A stretch of 64,000 bases of DNA, from NCBI GenBank assembly GCA_026936335.1, contig JAPMXV010000040.1, positions 1-64,000 of the forward strand. The letters run 5' to 3'. A program made the position numbers and the translations under genes. This document shows positions 48,139 through 60,500 of the stretch, one piece after another. This stretch comes from Mantamonas sphyraenae STR306. Lineage: Eukaryota; Protista; CRuMs. The notes under the pieces were generated by a model. The model saw nothing but the letters and a program-made list of their open reading frames with translations, made no database searches and was not told the DNA's origin. Each line of letters starts with the position of its first letter. The stretch's first letter is position 1.

Positions 48139-50898
48139 ATGCATCAGCGGCAGCACAGGAACACAGGACCCGTGTTTCTGGTCTTGGCTGCGGTGGTCAT
48201 CCTGCTGTTCATGGGGGCATCAAACAGGGTGAGTGTGGGTGTGTGGCGCGTGTGGCGTAGTGGGGCCAGGGAAACGGAGGAGGAGGAGGAGGAGGAGGGC
48301 TGTGGTGCCTCGGACCATGCGACCCCGCTGACTCGGACAGCACCCACGGCGCATGCGTGCGCATGGAACACGCAGATCCAAACCTCGGTGAAACCCCCCA
48401 CCAAGGTGGTCACGGAGGAGTCTGAGCTGAAAGGCCTCTCGGGCTCGTTGCAGGGGTCTACGCAGTCGTGTGGGCCGGACTGCGACCAGGACAGCGAGCT
48501 TGCGCACAGGCAGCTGATTGTGCAGGGGGCAGACGGTATACAAGGGCAGTGGCATCATGAACATGAGACATGGGACACAGAATCGGAGGGGCTGGTGGGT
48601 AGTGCCATCCGGCCCGAAAGGCTGCAGTTGCGTCGTCGCTTCAACAACTTGGCCAAGCTCTCCGTGGGCAAGGACGTCAACTTTAAGGATTCGTATGGCA
48701 ATCAATGGTGGCTGCGTGACTACGACCTTGGCTATGGTTCAGACACGGAAGGAGATGATGGGGCCAACGCAGGCGACGACCAAGGCTGGGGAGCAGACGA
48801 CGAGGAAACCGAACACATCGTGAAGGAAACGGACCAGACGTGTCTCATGGCCGATGTGCCTTTGTGGACGGACGGCATCCGCACCAACAACCCCCAGGCG
48901 GACAGATGGGAGGGCTGCCACACACCGACCTTTTCCAAGGTTGAGCACTTGCGCCTGCACTTTACAGATTCGATCACAGGCACTGAGCACGGAGGCAATC
49001 ACGGCTCCCGTGGTGATGATGTAAAGGCTGCGTCAGCCAACGCGGCTGATGCCAGTGGCTCGGGTGACAACAAGGATGGTTTGCAAGGAACCCTTGCTGG
49101 GACAATGGCCAGCCAACGCATGTGCCACGTGCGCGAGTACACCGTGGTCACCCAGCAATCGGAGGAAGAGGAACGCATGGATTTCGACGATTGGGAGGAT
49201 GCCGGAAGCAATGGGGTCCCGGTGGGGGGCGATTTCCTGTCGACTCGTTGCTCGGCACCCGACGGGCTGTACTTCAACTTCCACACTCAAGTAAACCGCA
49301 GCGCAAAGGCAGTGGCAAGAGCGGTGTTGGAGAGACGCAAGCTGCGTTCGATGGAGGTGAAACCCGATGTGGAGGTTGCAGACGGGCTGGAAGGAGGGTC
49401 CACCACAGAGACCACGATGAACGAGACCCTCAATGTGGTTGTCCTCATGATGGGCGGCATGTCTCGCAATCGCTTCCACCGACGCATGACACGCACGCAG
49501 TCGTGGCTGGACAAGGATCTGAAGGACGCCAAGTCTTTCGAGTTTTCGGGCTACAGCGCTGTTGGCCGCGGCGCAGACCCGTCGCTCATCGGCCTCATCA
49601 CGGGGTATCCCGAGAAGCGATTGCCAGAGACGCGTGCATGCGAGGGTACAGCCACTCACCTGGACCCGCTGCCCAACATCTTTCGCGACTACGCAAAGTC
49701 GGGATACGTAACCATGGATGCGCGCTCGGGCTGCCGTCCCAGGCTGCAAACACTGAGTCCACGGCAGCTGGGCTACTCGAAGCAGATGACGGACCATTCC
49801 ATGGACAAATTTTGGTGCATGACAGACGTGGAGACTGCACGTGAGCTTGGACGAGCAACGGAGCAAGGCCAGTGTGTGGGTCATCTGACGCAACACCAGC
49901 TCTTGTTGTCGTACGCAGACAGCTTCCACACAGCGTACGCCAAGTCACCGCGGTTCACTTTCATCTACGACGAGTTTGTGCCGCAGGCGGGCCACCCCAT
50001 CTCCAGTGTGGACGAAGACCTGCACAAGTGGCTGTCACACAGACAGAGCAAGGGCCTTCACCACAAGTCGGTGGTCATTTTAATGGGAGACCATGGCGAG
50101 TCCCAAGAAGAACGCTATGCAAAGAAGCTGTATGGCAAGCTTGAAACGCGATCACCGCTTCTGAAGATCATTGTGCCCAAATGGCTGTTGTCGCTGCGAC
50201 CAGACATTGAACGCAACATGCGTGCCAACCGGGCATTGCTGACCACGCCGTACGACGTGCACATGACACTCTCCCACCTGATGAGTCTGCACACCGCCTT
50301 TTACTCGTCCGAGGCCGTTCAGGTGCGCAGCGAGTCGGGCTACAGCCTCATGACACGCATTCCGCAGCGCAACTGCAAGGAGGCGCTGGTGCCGTTGGGC
50401 TTCTGCAAGTGCTTGGAAACAGTCAAGGTGTTTGACAGCGACTCACACGACGTGCTGCTTGCCACGCAGTGGGCGCTGAGGTGGATCAATCAGAAGAGCA
50501 AAGCGACGCAAAGTGGATCGCAGTGTATGTTTCTGACACCTGACTCGGCTCGTGTGACCGGCATGTGGAGACGTCAGGTGCCACGGGCCACGGTGCAGTT
50601 CCTTCGTACAAGGGACCGCGACGGATACCATCCGGAGTTTGATACGGGGATTTCCCACGACTTTTACACAATCATTGTGCGCTTTGACATCCACTCTATC
50701 CGCGACCAGCAACTGCAACAGGACCTGAGCCTCGTCCGTGGCAAGTCTGTGATGCGTGTGGTGGTGCAGGGGCACTACGACATTCACAAGCGCACACTGC
50801 ATGAAGTCAAGGTACGCCACGTCAAGGTGCTTCAGGAACAGCACTGCAAGCCCAACGAGGAGACCAAGCCCTATTGCTTGTGCAACTCGCCCATCTGA
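48139..50898 (+). CDS. DUF229-family (alkaline phosphatase/sulfatase-like) type II membrane protein; probable in-frame intron 48229-48375
   Basis: N-terminal TM; NVVVLMMGGMSRNRFHRRMTRT, FSGYSAVG, ILMGDHG, GKLETRSPLL, LTTPYDVHMTL, RNCKEALVPLGFCKC. Confidence 0.82.
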   Translation: MHQRQHRNTGPVFLVLAAVVILLFMGASNRVSVGVWRVWRSGARETEEEEEEEGCGASDHATPLTRTAPTAHACAWNTQIQTSVKPPTKVVTEESELKGLSGSLQGSTQSCGPDCDQDSELAHRQLIVQGADGIQGQWHHEHETWDTESEGLVGSAIRPERLQLRRRFNNLAKLSVGKDVNFKDSYGNQWWLRDYDLGYGSDTEGDDGANAGDDQGWGADDEETEHIVKETDQTCLMADVPLWTDGIRTNNPQADRWEGCHTPTFSKVEHLRLHFTDSITGTEHGGNHGSRGDDVKAASANAADASGSGDNKDGLQGTLAGTMASQRMCHVREYTVVTQQSEEEERMDFDDWEDAGSNGVPVGGDFLSTRCSAPDGLYFNFHTQVNRSAKAVARAVLERRKLRSMEVKPDVEVADGLEGGSTTETTMNETLNVVVLMMGGMSRNRFHRRMTRTQSWLDKDLKDAKSFEFSGYSAVGRGADPSLIGLITGYPEKRLPETRACEGTATHLDPLPNIFRDYAKSGYVTMDARSGCRPRLQTLSPRQLGYSKQMTDHSMDKFWCMTDVETARELGRATEQGQCVGHLTQHQLLLSYADSFHTAYAKSPRFTFIYDEFVPQAGHPISSVDEDLHKWLSHRQSKGLHHKSVVILMGDHGESQEERYAKKLYGKLETRSPLLKIIVPKWLLSLRPDIERNMRANRALLTTPYDVHMTLSHLMSLHTAFYSSEAVQVRSESGYSLMTRIPQRNCKEALVPLGFCKCLETVKVFDSDSHDVLLATQWALRWINQKSKATQSGSQCMFLTPDSARVTGMWRRQVPRATVQFLRTRDRDGYHPEFDTGISHDFYTIIVRFDIHSIRDQQLQQDLSLVRGKSVMRVVVQGHYDIHKRTLHEVKVRHVKVLQEQHCKPNEETKPYCLCNSPI

Positions 50899-51075
50899 GA
50901 GGCTCCCTTTTGCTGCGAATCCAGCAGCCAATGAATGAGACGACTGGGGACGCGCATGTTCATTTCAATGGCTTTGTGATGATGTTCTGATGCGACAATG
51001 ACGTCATTGTGTGTGAAACCGTGATGCCATCCCCAACCATTTGCGCGAAACCTTGCGAAAATGCAGCAGCCTGCA

Positions 51076-53148
51076 TCAACCCAAGCGAGGTGCAAGAACC
51101 ACCTCCACAAACCATTCGTACAAGGTGCAACCCTGTGGATAAAGTTGTGAGTCGATGAGATCCTGTGGGACGGACGGGTAGCCGCTGTCGGGCCTTTTGC
51201 TGACGATCTTGGCGTGGACGCCAAAGGCGTTGTTTTCGATGCGGCGCATGGCGTCAAACCACTCGCTGCGGGGGTTGTACAACAGCGGGATGCACTCCAT
51301 GTATCCGAATCGCATGCCAAGAGCCATCATCGGGTTTGTGCGCATAATTTTGGCACACAGCTGTGAGCGAAGGCTCATGTTGTCGCCCATGGGCACTGGC
51401 CGCTCAAACCCAGAGCGAAAGATGAACACGGCGCGAAGGAGGGTGCTCATGAACTTGTGGGGACGCACAGAGTAGTCCATGTCCTTGTGAAACATGTTGT
51501 TGTTGAGCATGCGGTGGCCAGTGACGGTGTCCTCGCAGGTGAAGCGGGTGAAGTAGAGCACGCGCAGATGTGTGTACGAGTTGTAAATCCAATCGGCCAG
51601 GTGGCCACCCACGCCGTCCTCCATGACCCGGCCCAAGCTGATCAGCACCGACCCAGGTCGCATGTACAGAGCATTGAGGGCTCCGGTGCCGTCGGCCGTG
51701 ATCATGATATCTGTTTTCAGACACAACTTCAGTTCGTCCTCATACGAACCCAGCTTTTCCCAGTACACCTCTTTGACGCGTGCGCTGGGCAGCTGTCGTT
51801 GAATTGCCTCCCGCAGTTCGTCGCTGTTCTTCAACACGCGCTTGTCCGCCTTGAGCACGAGCAACACGTTGATTCCTTTCCCCTGCTCTTCGCGCCACGA
51901 GTCCCCAAACGGATTTACCGCAGGGGCAGCCTCGGCAGCATGAGAGCGTGGTGTATCCACGTCACTGAGGCCAAAGTTGCCCAGGTAAAACGAGCGAAAC
52001 TGTTCGTGGATGCGTATCGAGGCCCCTGGGGCATGGTAGGTTGCGGTGACATCATGACCTGAACGAGCACCCACACCCATACCAATCTGGGCGAAGCGTG
52101 TCAATGCACGTTGGGCGTCCACCTTGGCCTTGTCCGCCTCTTGAATGGTGAGCTGGGACACTTGTTGCACGGTAGCATAGTCTCCCTCGGGTACAACCCC
52201 CCGATAGGACTCGCGAATGCGAGGGTTGAAGTACGAGCCACCATGTAGCTGGATGCCCACAGGGTGGTCCGCCAGGATGAGAAAAGAACGACGAATGTCT
52301 TGTTCGGAATAGCCCAGATCACGCATGGCCCAGTAGAACGGCACATGGTCGTCGTAGATGCCATGATTTAAGTTGTCCTGGTGAGAACGCTGCAACATGA
52401 ACGAAGGCTGCTCCACACTGTGCACCACGGTGTCTCGGGGCCCCGAGTCGCTAGCTTTGCTGCTGCTTGTGGAAGCACGCACAGCCGCACGCGGACTCCA
52501 CAGCGGCGACGAAGCCCAACGGGAGACGAGTGAGACGCCCGTGTGACGATCCAGCTCGTCCTGGTCCATGAGGTTGTCGTTGGCATCCTGGAGAAAGTAA
52601 AAGGTGCCGTGGCGGAAATACAGATTGCGAAAGAGGCAGACGCGGAGAGGGAGGGTACAATTGCACACAAAGGAGGACGCCTCCTGATCAGTGGGAACAT
52701 CGAGTACAGGAAGAGAAGCGTCGGGGGCAGCCTCGGGACTGGTTGTAGCCTGCTGGTGGCGAAGGACGTGCAGGGAGAGCTCCAGCATGGCCTGGGTGGT
52801 GGTAGAGGCGGCCCCGTCGTTGGGTGCGGCGGCTGCCTTGTGCGTATACCGATCGTCCATCTCACGAAGCAGGGCGGGAACATCGGCGGTCTGGGCTACA
52901 AGCTCGTCGCCAGCCTTGCTGAAGAAGGGCGTGGCTTGGCACGGCGTATCCGAGAAGCGCATGGATTTGGCAAAACCCATCCCTCGAAAGGAAACGAGGG
53001 ATTGGGGCAGGTCCAGATCACGAGTGTCCAGTGGGGTGCGTGCAGTGCGTCGGTGGGCAAGAAGCATGGAATACGCCATCATTGTGGTCACCACACAGAC
53101 CGCAACCACCATTATCAAGTGGCGCATTCGCCTGTTGATGGAGATCAT
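51076..53148 (-). CDS. GT61-like glycosyltransferase
   Basis: N-terminal TM; VCLFRNLY, NLNHGIYDDHVPFY, RVLKNSDEL, TDIMITADGTGALNALYMRPGSVLI. Confidence 0.78.
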   Translation of the reverse strand: MISINRRMRHLIMVVAVCVVTTMMAYSMLLAHRRTARTPLDTRDLDLPQSLVSFRGMGFAKSMRFSDTPCQATPFFSKAGDELVAQTADVPALLREMDDRYTHKAAAAPNDGAASTTTQAMLELSLHVLRHQQATTSPEAAPDASLPVLDVPTDQEASSFVCNCTLPLRVCLFRNLYFRHGTFYFLQDANDNLMDQDELDRHTGVSLVSRWASSPLWSPRAAVRASTSSSKASDSGPRDTVVHSVEQPSFMLQRSHQDNLNHGIYDDHVPFYWAMRDLGYSEQDIRRSFLILADHPVGIQLHGGSYFNPRIRESYRGVVPEGDYATVQQVSQLTIQEADKAKVDAQRALTRFAQIGMGVGARSGHDVTATYHAPGASIRIHEQFRSFYLGNFGLSDVDTPRSHAAEAAPAVNPFGDSWREEQGKGINVLLVLKADKRVLKNSDELREAIQRQLPSARVKEVYWEKLGSYEDELKLCLKTDIMITADGTGALNALYMRPGSVLISLGRVMEDGVGGHLADWIYNSYTHLRVLYFTRFTCEDTVTGHRMLNNNMFHKDMDYSVRPHKFMSTLLRAVFIFRSGFERPVPMGDNMSLRSQLCAKIMRTNPMMALGMRFGYMECIPLLYNPRSEWFDAMRRIENNAFGVHAKIVSKRPDSGYPSVPQDLIDSQLYPQGCTLYEWFVEVVLAPRLG

Positions 53149-53275
53149 GGCCACAGGGACAGGAGGTGGTGCACACGAAGCCGCCGGGGAAGCACAAGGG
53201 AACCTGGTGTTGCCGGCGCAGGCAGACCAGCTCCGACCGCGCCAAAGTAACTCGACCTCGACGACGACGGTAGAC

Positions 53276-55852
53276 ATGTCTGAGGCGCGATACATGAAAA
53301 GGAAGCTGATCCCCGGGTCGTTGGAGGTGGACCCGGAAGATTTGGCATTGATTGTGCGCTACAGTGTGGAGGCACAGATTCTGGACGACATGAACGAGGT
53401 GATTCGCGTGGAGAGGAAAGACATGACGAAGAAGTGAGTGAACGTGGAGTCGCAGAGGGAGGGTTGGGCGATGGACAGGCGTTGCCAGTGTCGTCGTTGG
53501 CCATGGGCTGACCTTGTGTGTGGTGGGACCAGGGTTCGAGTGGACACGATCAACGAGAACAGCAACATTCCGCGACTGGCGCAAGACATTGTCAACAACT
53601 GCACACAGATCCCACAATCGATGGTTCACAATGTAGAGCAGCAGTTGATGATTCTTCAGCAGCGCAAGGTCATGCACGACTACAGCACCGGAGATGTGAA
53701 GCCAGGTGAGTTGCGGCCGCGACTTTCCGTTTCGCAGCCGCCTTCGCCGCCGTCCGGGCGGCTGCAGTGTAGGCACACAGAGGCGTGAACCCACGTTGCA
53801 CAGAGCGCACACTACATGTGGGGTCGGCACAGGGTGGCCCAGAGGGTACCTGTGGAACAATGGCAGACACTGACGCAGGGACCGTTTTTTTTTTGGCGCC
53901 AGGCAAGGCCAAGAGCAAGAAGCGGCGGAACAAGAAGGAGGAGGATCTGCGACGGTCGGAAAAGGCAGACTCAATGAGTGCAGAGGCAGTGGCAGGAGAG
54001 AAGCCACGGTTGGATAGGCTGGAAACGTACATGGAGATGCTGTACGAGGACGTGGAGCAAAAGACGGTGGGGGCGTACCTGATCTCGCAGCTGGCCCAGG
54101 TGCACGAGAATCTGGAGGCACTGATTGGAAACGAGCCACTGTTGGGTGCGCTGAGTCGCACTCTGAGAGAAGATGGCAAGCGCAGCATGGAGCTGGTGAT
54201 GCACATCGTCAACATTTTCTTCATCTTCAGCAACTTTTCGCAGTTCCACGTGTTTATCTCGAACCACCAGGTGGGCGAGTACTCCATGAAGGTGATCGAC
54301 ACGGAAACAAAGCGGTTGAAGCTGTGGAAGAAGGACCTGCGCAAGAAGGAGCAGGAGGCGGCCGAAAGTGGGGATCCTGCCGAGTTTGAACGCGAGCGCA
54401 AAAAGGTGAACAAGCTGACGAGGAAGCAAGACAGGCTGCTGTGTGTGTGTGTGCACCTGCTGCTGAATCTGGCCGAGAACTTGGATGTGGAGAAGAAGAT
54501 GAACCGGCGGAACATCGCCAAGTACCTGACCGTGCTGCTGGACAGGCACAACCCAGACCTGCTGATGCTTGTGATTGCGTTTCTGAAGAAGCTGTCCATC
54601 TTCAAAGACAACCATCCGCAGATGTTGGAGCACAAGGTGATGGTGAAGCTTGCAGGGCTGGTGCCTGTGAACCACGCACGTCTGCAGGACATGACGCTGC
54701 GGCTGATGTACAATTTGAGTTTTGACCCGCACCTGCGTGCGCAGTTGGTGCTGGAGGGCGGTGTGATTCCCAAGCTGAACGATATGCTGGAGGACGACGA
54801 GCAGGAACCCGAGGTGGTGCTGCGGTTGATGTACATTTTGAGCATGGAAGACGCAGTGAAGCCGATGATGCGCGAGACAGTGCCTCTGGTGATCAACATG
54901 ATTCTGGAGTATCCGCGAGAGCGTGTGGGCAAGGAACTCATTGCGTTGGCCATCAATCTAGCCTGCTCGCCGGTCAACGCGGCCGTGATGATGCAGGAAC
55001 AGCCGCTGCGCTTCCTGATGAAGAGAGCCTTTGCCACGCAGGACGAGATGCTGTTCAAGGTGATTCGCAACCTGGCCATGCACGTGGAGCACAAGGACAC
55101 GCTGTTGGACTTTACAGACGACTTTTTCAAGCTGCTGCGCAGCTCACAGAGCGAAGAGATGATGGTGGAGGTATTGGGCTTGCTTGCATCGCTGCCTCTG
55201 TACGAGTTGCGCCTAGAGGAGCTGATCAAGGACCATCGGGTGATGGATTTTTTGGTGCAGGTGTTGGCAAACGGGTGCGACGATGACATTGCGCTGGAGG
55301 CCATCATTCTCATTGGCCAGCTGGCACGGAACGAGTACTGCTGCAAGATGCTCAGCAAGTACAACATCGTGCAGATGATGTGGGAGACGATGGACTGTGA
55401 GTTGATTGCGACGGGTTTGGGGGGCGCGAAGGGAGGTGAGATCAACGAGACACACTGACACACACACGCGTCCCACGGCCGCAGATGGAGAGCGAAAGAA
55501 CGACAACGAGATTGTGCTGCAAACTCTGTTTGCGTGCCATTGGCTGGTCAAGGTGGACCTGAGCAGAGACCAGCTGCTGGCGGTGCCGCATTTTGTGGAC
55601 TACGTGGTGGATTTTCTTCACGTGGACCCGCATCCGCTGGTGCGTCGGTATGCAAGCAAGATTGTGGACACAGTGACAGAAGCGGATCCGCAGGTGGCAC
55701 GCAATATGCGTGGTAAGCGCTATCTGGTGTTCAACTCGGAGTGGCTGCAGTTTGAAGGCGTGGGGGAGATGGACGACATCTACGAAGAGGACGACGACGG
55801 ACACTACTACGCCGACGAGCTGTATGAGGACGATGATGAAGATTTCTATTGA
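53276..55852 (+). CDS. KAP3: Kinesin-associated protein 3 (kinesin-II accessory subunit), 4 exons
   Basis: KRKLIPGSLEVDPEDLALIVRY, YMEMLYED, LGALSRTLRED, KQDRLL...LLLNLAEN, FLKKLSIF, LAINLA, DNEIVLQ, FNSEWL. Confidence 0.95.
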
Positions 55853-55899
55853 GGGGGTTTGTGAGCGGGAGAGGAGGAGAGAATGCAACGTTGGTCAGG

Positions 55900-57232
55900 C
55901 TATTCGTCCGCATCAGGCAGGGATCGCTCACTGCGAGGCCACTGGCCACCATGCGTGCCGAGAGGACAGCGAATGGGGTGGATCCAATGCATGTCGTGCG
56001 TATCGTGGCGATGGCGCTTCATGGTGCGGCAAATGTGGCAGATGGAGGATTGGTCGTAGGCGGAACGGTGCCTGCGGAATCCGACGTTCCACTGGCTGGG
56101 TTGCATGTGTCGGAAGGCCAGAGCATTTTCAAACTCCTCGCGAGAGGCCATGATCTGCTTGATGCGTTGGGCCACTTGCTTGGCGTTGTCGTAGTGCCAG
56201 ACATTGATGGCCGAGTCGGGAGTGGGAAAGTACTTGTCTGCGTCGGGTGCGCCGTACACGACAGGAATGTTGCCCCGCTCAATGGACATAAAGTACTTTT
56301 CGGTGATGTACTCGTGGCAATACGAGTTCTCTGCCGCAAGATAGAACATGTACTTGCGCACGTGGTCCCACTGTTTGGCACGTGTGTCCATGCCCTCTGG
56401 CCATGGCTTGTTGTTGAGACAAGGGCCCAGGCGATCGACACGCACGTGTCTGCTCAGTTCCTCCACAAACAAGTTGCGCTCGGGCACATTGCAATTGCCA
56501 GCCACCCAGGCAACGGCCGGGATGCGCTCCTTGTACGGCACCAGATCTTGCAGGGGTTGACGCCAGTAGTATGCATGCTGCAGAATGCCTTCGACGCCCC
56601 ACAGCATGTCGAATTTGTCCGTGAGGGCCCTGTTCTGCAGCGTATTGACCTCGTTGACCGGCGACTCGCCCGAACCCAGCACCATCTTTTGGCGCCGGTT
56701 GGCTCGTTCAGGCATGCCCCTGTGATTGAGCGTGTTCCACACGTCCCGAGCGTGGAACATGACATACTCTGCGGTGGCACGTGCACGGGGGTCGGTGCGC
56801 ATGATGATTGTACAGTTCTTGTCCATGTCCTCAAAGTCGTCACTGTACGCACGGCACTGTGCAATCTTGTCCTGGACATTGGACAGGAAGAATTGAGTGG
56901 CATAATGCATCAGAACAGGGTCGGGATCAAACTTTCGGTGCTCCTCGGTGTAGCCGTCAAACCTGGCACGGGTGTTGTTTCAACACGGGTCAGCTGATGC
57001 ACACACGCTCAAATGACATGTCTGTGCCCTCCTCCTCCCCCCCCCCTCCCCTTCGCTTACCATCCGTCGTAGTTGAGATCGTGCGGCCACAGGGTGGCTG
57101 TGTCTGCAAGGCGGGGGGTGAGGTCAGCGGGGAGTAGCCTTGGCTCGCGCAGACTCAGCACGGCTGCGGAACAGAGTTGTCATGGAGTGCAGGTGCAGCC
57201 TTGGAACAAGGAGGACACGCGATGAGCACACA

Positions 57233-57269
<37 letters not shown>

Positions 57270-57470
57270 GATTGACAGTGGAGAAGGACGCCACAAGGAC
57301 GCAAGAGCGAACTGACCCTTGGGAACAATGGCTGGCGTGCGTCCAAAGAAGCCGTTGTAAAGCATGGCCAGCAGACCAAGCAGACCCGCTGCCAACACAA
57401 CGTTGCGGTAGCGGGAGGCCAACAGACGTTCGATGAATGTGACGGAACGAGGAGCGCGCCTGGGTCGCAT
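55900..57470 (-). CDS. Alpha-1,3/4-fucosyltransferase-like protein (GT10), multi-exon
   Basis: YMFYLAAENSYCHEYITEKY...GNIPVVYG signature; AWVAGNC; TM segment in the first exon. Confidence 0.88.
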
Positions 57471-57575
57471 TGGCGTGGATGGACGGACGAGGGAGCGGCA
57501 CCGGACACACCACGCACACACACACGCAACCAATCCATTCCACCCCTTCTCGCGTCGTAAAACCATCCATCCTGC

Positions 57576-60500
57576 ATGCAAGCGCGAGCATTGTATGCGT
57601 ATGAGGCGCAAGGCGAGGGCCACCTGACGCTGAAGCCTGGGGACCTGATTGGGCAGGTGCGGAAGATGGACAACGACTGGGCATACGGCGAGGTGGAAGG
57701 CCAACAGGGCTACTTTCCACTGAATTATGTGCAAATGGTGGAAGGAGCAGAAGCGAAGGAGGAAGCGAGTGTGCTGGAGACGCGTGTGGCGCTGTACGAC
57801 TTTTCAGCCTCCAGCCCTGCCGAGTTGTCGCTGGTGGCTGGGCAAACCATCCAGGTGACTGCCATCCTGGACGAAAACTGGTGCCAAGGCTATGTAGAGG
57901 GTGGAGGCAGCGGGGCGTTTCCGTCCAACTACACGCAAGTGGTGGAAGCGGAGGGCGGAAGCAAAGAGGGGATTTTGGAGAACCAAGGCAGCGGAGGGGT
58001 CACGGCGCAGACGGCGGTCAAGGAGCACGTGGCGAGCGCAAGCAGCAGCAGTGGAAGCGTGGACACTGATGGCCAGGAGGAGGAGAGGCACACGTACTAC
58101 GATTCGGACGAGGAGGACACACCGGAGCACGTGGCCCGGCTGTTGGCGGAAGAGGAAGCCGCACAGGCGGCGCAGGAGACACAAGGCCCCAAAGCACGCG
58201 CTTTGTTTGCGTACTTCAAGGGCGGGGACGACGAGCTGGGCTTCCAGAAGGACGACGAGATCACGGTGCTGTCCAAAGACACGGAGGAGTGGTGGACGGG
58301 CGAGCTGCACGGCGAAGTGGGCGTGTTCCCGGCCAACTACGTCCAGTTGCTTGATGTCGAGGACACGCGCGAACTCGACAGCGACGATCCCATGGAGTCG
58401 GACGACGACGACATGGCCTCTACCATGAGCATGGCCTCGGCAGGCTCCAGCAGCACCTGGGTAAGTTGACAGAGCGAGAGTGTGAACACAGGAGGAGAGA
58501 AAAAGGCCCAGGCGCAGATTGTGTGCGCCCCCCCTTTCGGCGTTGTCCAATTTTTCTCGCCAACGCCAATTGTCTCGGGAAACGCGCTGGGCAGGCTGGA
58601 GGGCGAGGCACCCAGGCGCATGCGATGGTGACGGGAGAGGCCAGAGGGACACAGTGCATGGGGTGGGTTGAGATGAGCTCAGTGAGGCAAGAGGGACTGA
58701 CACGTCGGGCGGGGCAGGGAGGGACGTCGTCCGAGTCGGACAGCTTTTGTGTGCAAGCGATGTACGGGTACGAAGCACGAAGCGGGGATGAGCTCGGCTT
58801 TGCGCCGGGTGACGAGTTTATGGTGACGGATGCGTCGAACGAAGGGTGGTGGAGAGGGGTGACGAACGACGGGCGAGAAGGGCTGTTTCCGGCCAACTAT
58901 GTGCAGCGTGTGGCGAGCACCAGCGATGGAGGCGTGTCTGGACGCAGCGTACGCTCGTTGTTGGGTGTCAGCGAAGGCGCCGAGCTGCAACCGCTGACCA
59001 TGCAGGACATCAAGAAGCTGCATCGGCTGTCGTCGTCGTTGCGGCCCCCTTCGCGTGCGCCTCCTGCACCTCCGCTTGGAGCCGGTTCGTCGTCCAGCAG
59101 CCGGTTCAGCACCACGCGTGCAAAGTCCATGATGCTCAAGCGCACCAGCACGGTGTTTACGTCAAGCTCAGGCACGGAGCTGCAACACGTGCGCAGCGGC
59201 TACATTTCAGGTGAGTGTGCGAGAGAGAAGAGACAGCGGGGTGTGCTGAGAGGCTGTGACGGAGGCATGGAAGAACGAGAGACATGCGCTGACACACACA
59301 AACACACACGTACACGTGCGCAGAATCGCCCGGAGACACAAAGTTTCGCTTTGACCTGATCAAGCTGTGCCACAGGGTGAAGCAGCAGCGCATCTGGGAG
59401 ATGAACATCGAAAAGGGCACGCTGGCAAACGTGACGTCGAAAAAGGGAGTGAAGACCATGCGGGCGGATCGCGTTGTACAAATCGAAAAGACGATCAACG
59501 ACCCGCAGCACCTTCTGTTGGTGTTTGACACCAAGAGCAAAACCCTGATTGCCAAGAGCGGCTTCCAGCGTGCAGCCAAGGGCAAGACACACCCGTACGA
59601 CCTGTACTTTTCGACGGGTCTGGACCGCGAGCTGTTCTTTCTGCTTGTGTGCGGCGTGCGCGAGAGCGAACGCATGGGTTTCCAGACGCAGACGATGGAT
59701 GTGCAGTTTGAATCGCTGTCTGTGTTTGTGGGCAGCTGGAACATGGGCAACGCGCCGCCGCCGATTTCGATGGCTCCGTGGATTCCCAAGAACAAGTACG
59801 ATGTGTACGCCATCGGCGTGCAGGAGTGCAAGTACGAACCGCGGCAGACGCCAACCAAGTATTCGTCGTGTGAACACGACTGGAGTGACACGCTGAACCG
59901 ACACTTTGGGTCGGAGTACGTGCGTGTGTGCTGCGAATCCCTTTGGGAGATTCGCCTGGCGGTGTTTCTGCGCAAGGAGCTGCTGCCGAGTTTGGCCAAC
60001 GTGCAAATCGACACAGAGGCCACCGGCATCGGCAACGTGTTGGGTAACAAGGGAGGCGTGGGATGCAGCTTTACGGTGTACCAGACGTCGCTGTGCTTCA
60101 TCACGGCACATCTTGCAGCACACCAACACAAAACGCAGGCTCGCAACGACAACGCACGAGATATCTTCAACAACCTGTCTCTGGGCAAGCACACGCTGGA
60201 CCTGTGCTCGCAGTTTGACCACATCTTTTTCTTTGGCGACTTGAACTACCGCATCGACTGCCAAGACTGGGACACAACGATTGGACACATCGAAAGGCAG
60301 GAGTGGGACACGTTGCTGACGATGGACCAGCTGGTGGAGCAGCAGGCACAGGGAGTGGTCTTTCACGGCTTCACGGACGAGCGACCACAGTTTGCCCCCA
60401 CGTACCGTTTCGAGCGTCCACGCACGTCGAACCTGCCCAGCACTCACTCGACCAAGCGTCTGCCTGCGTACTGCGACCGCATCCTGCACCGTGGCGCACC

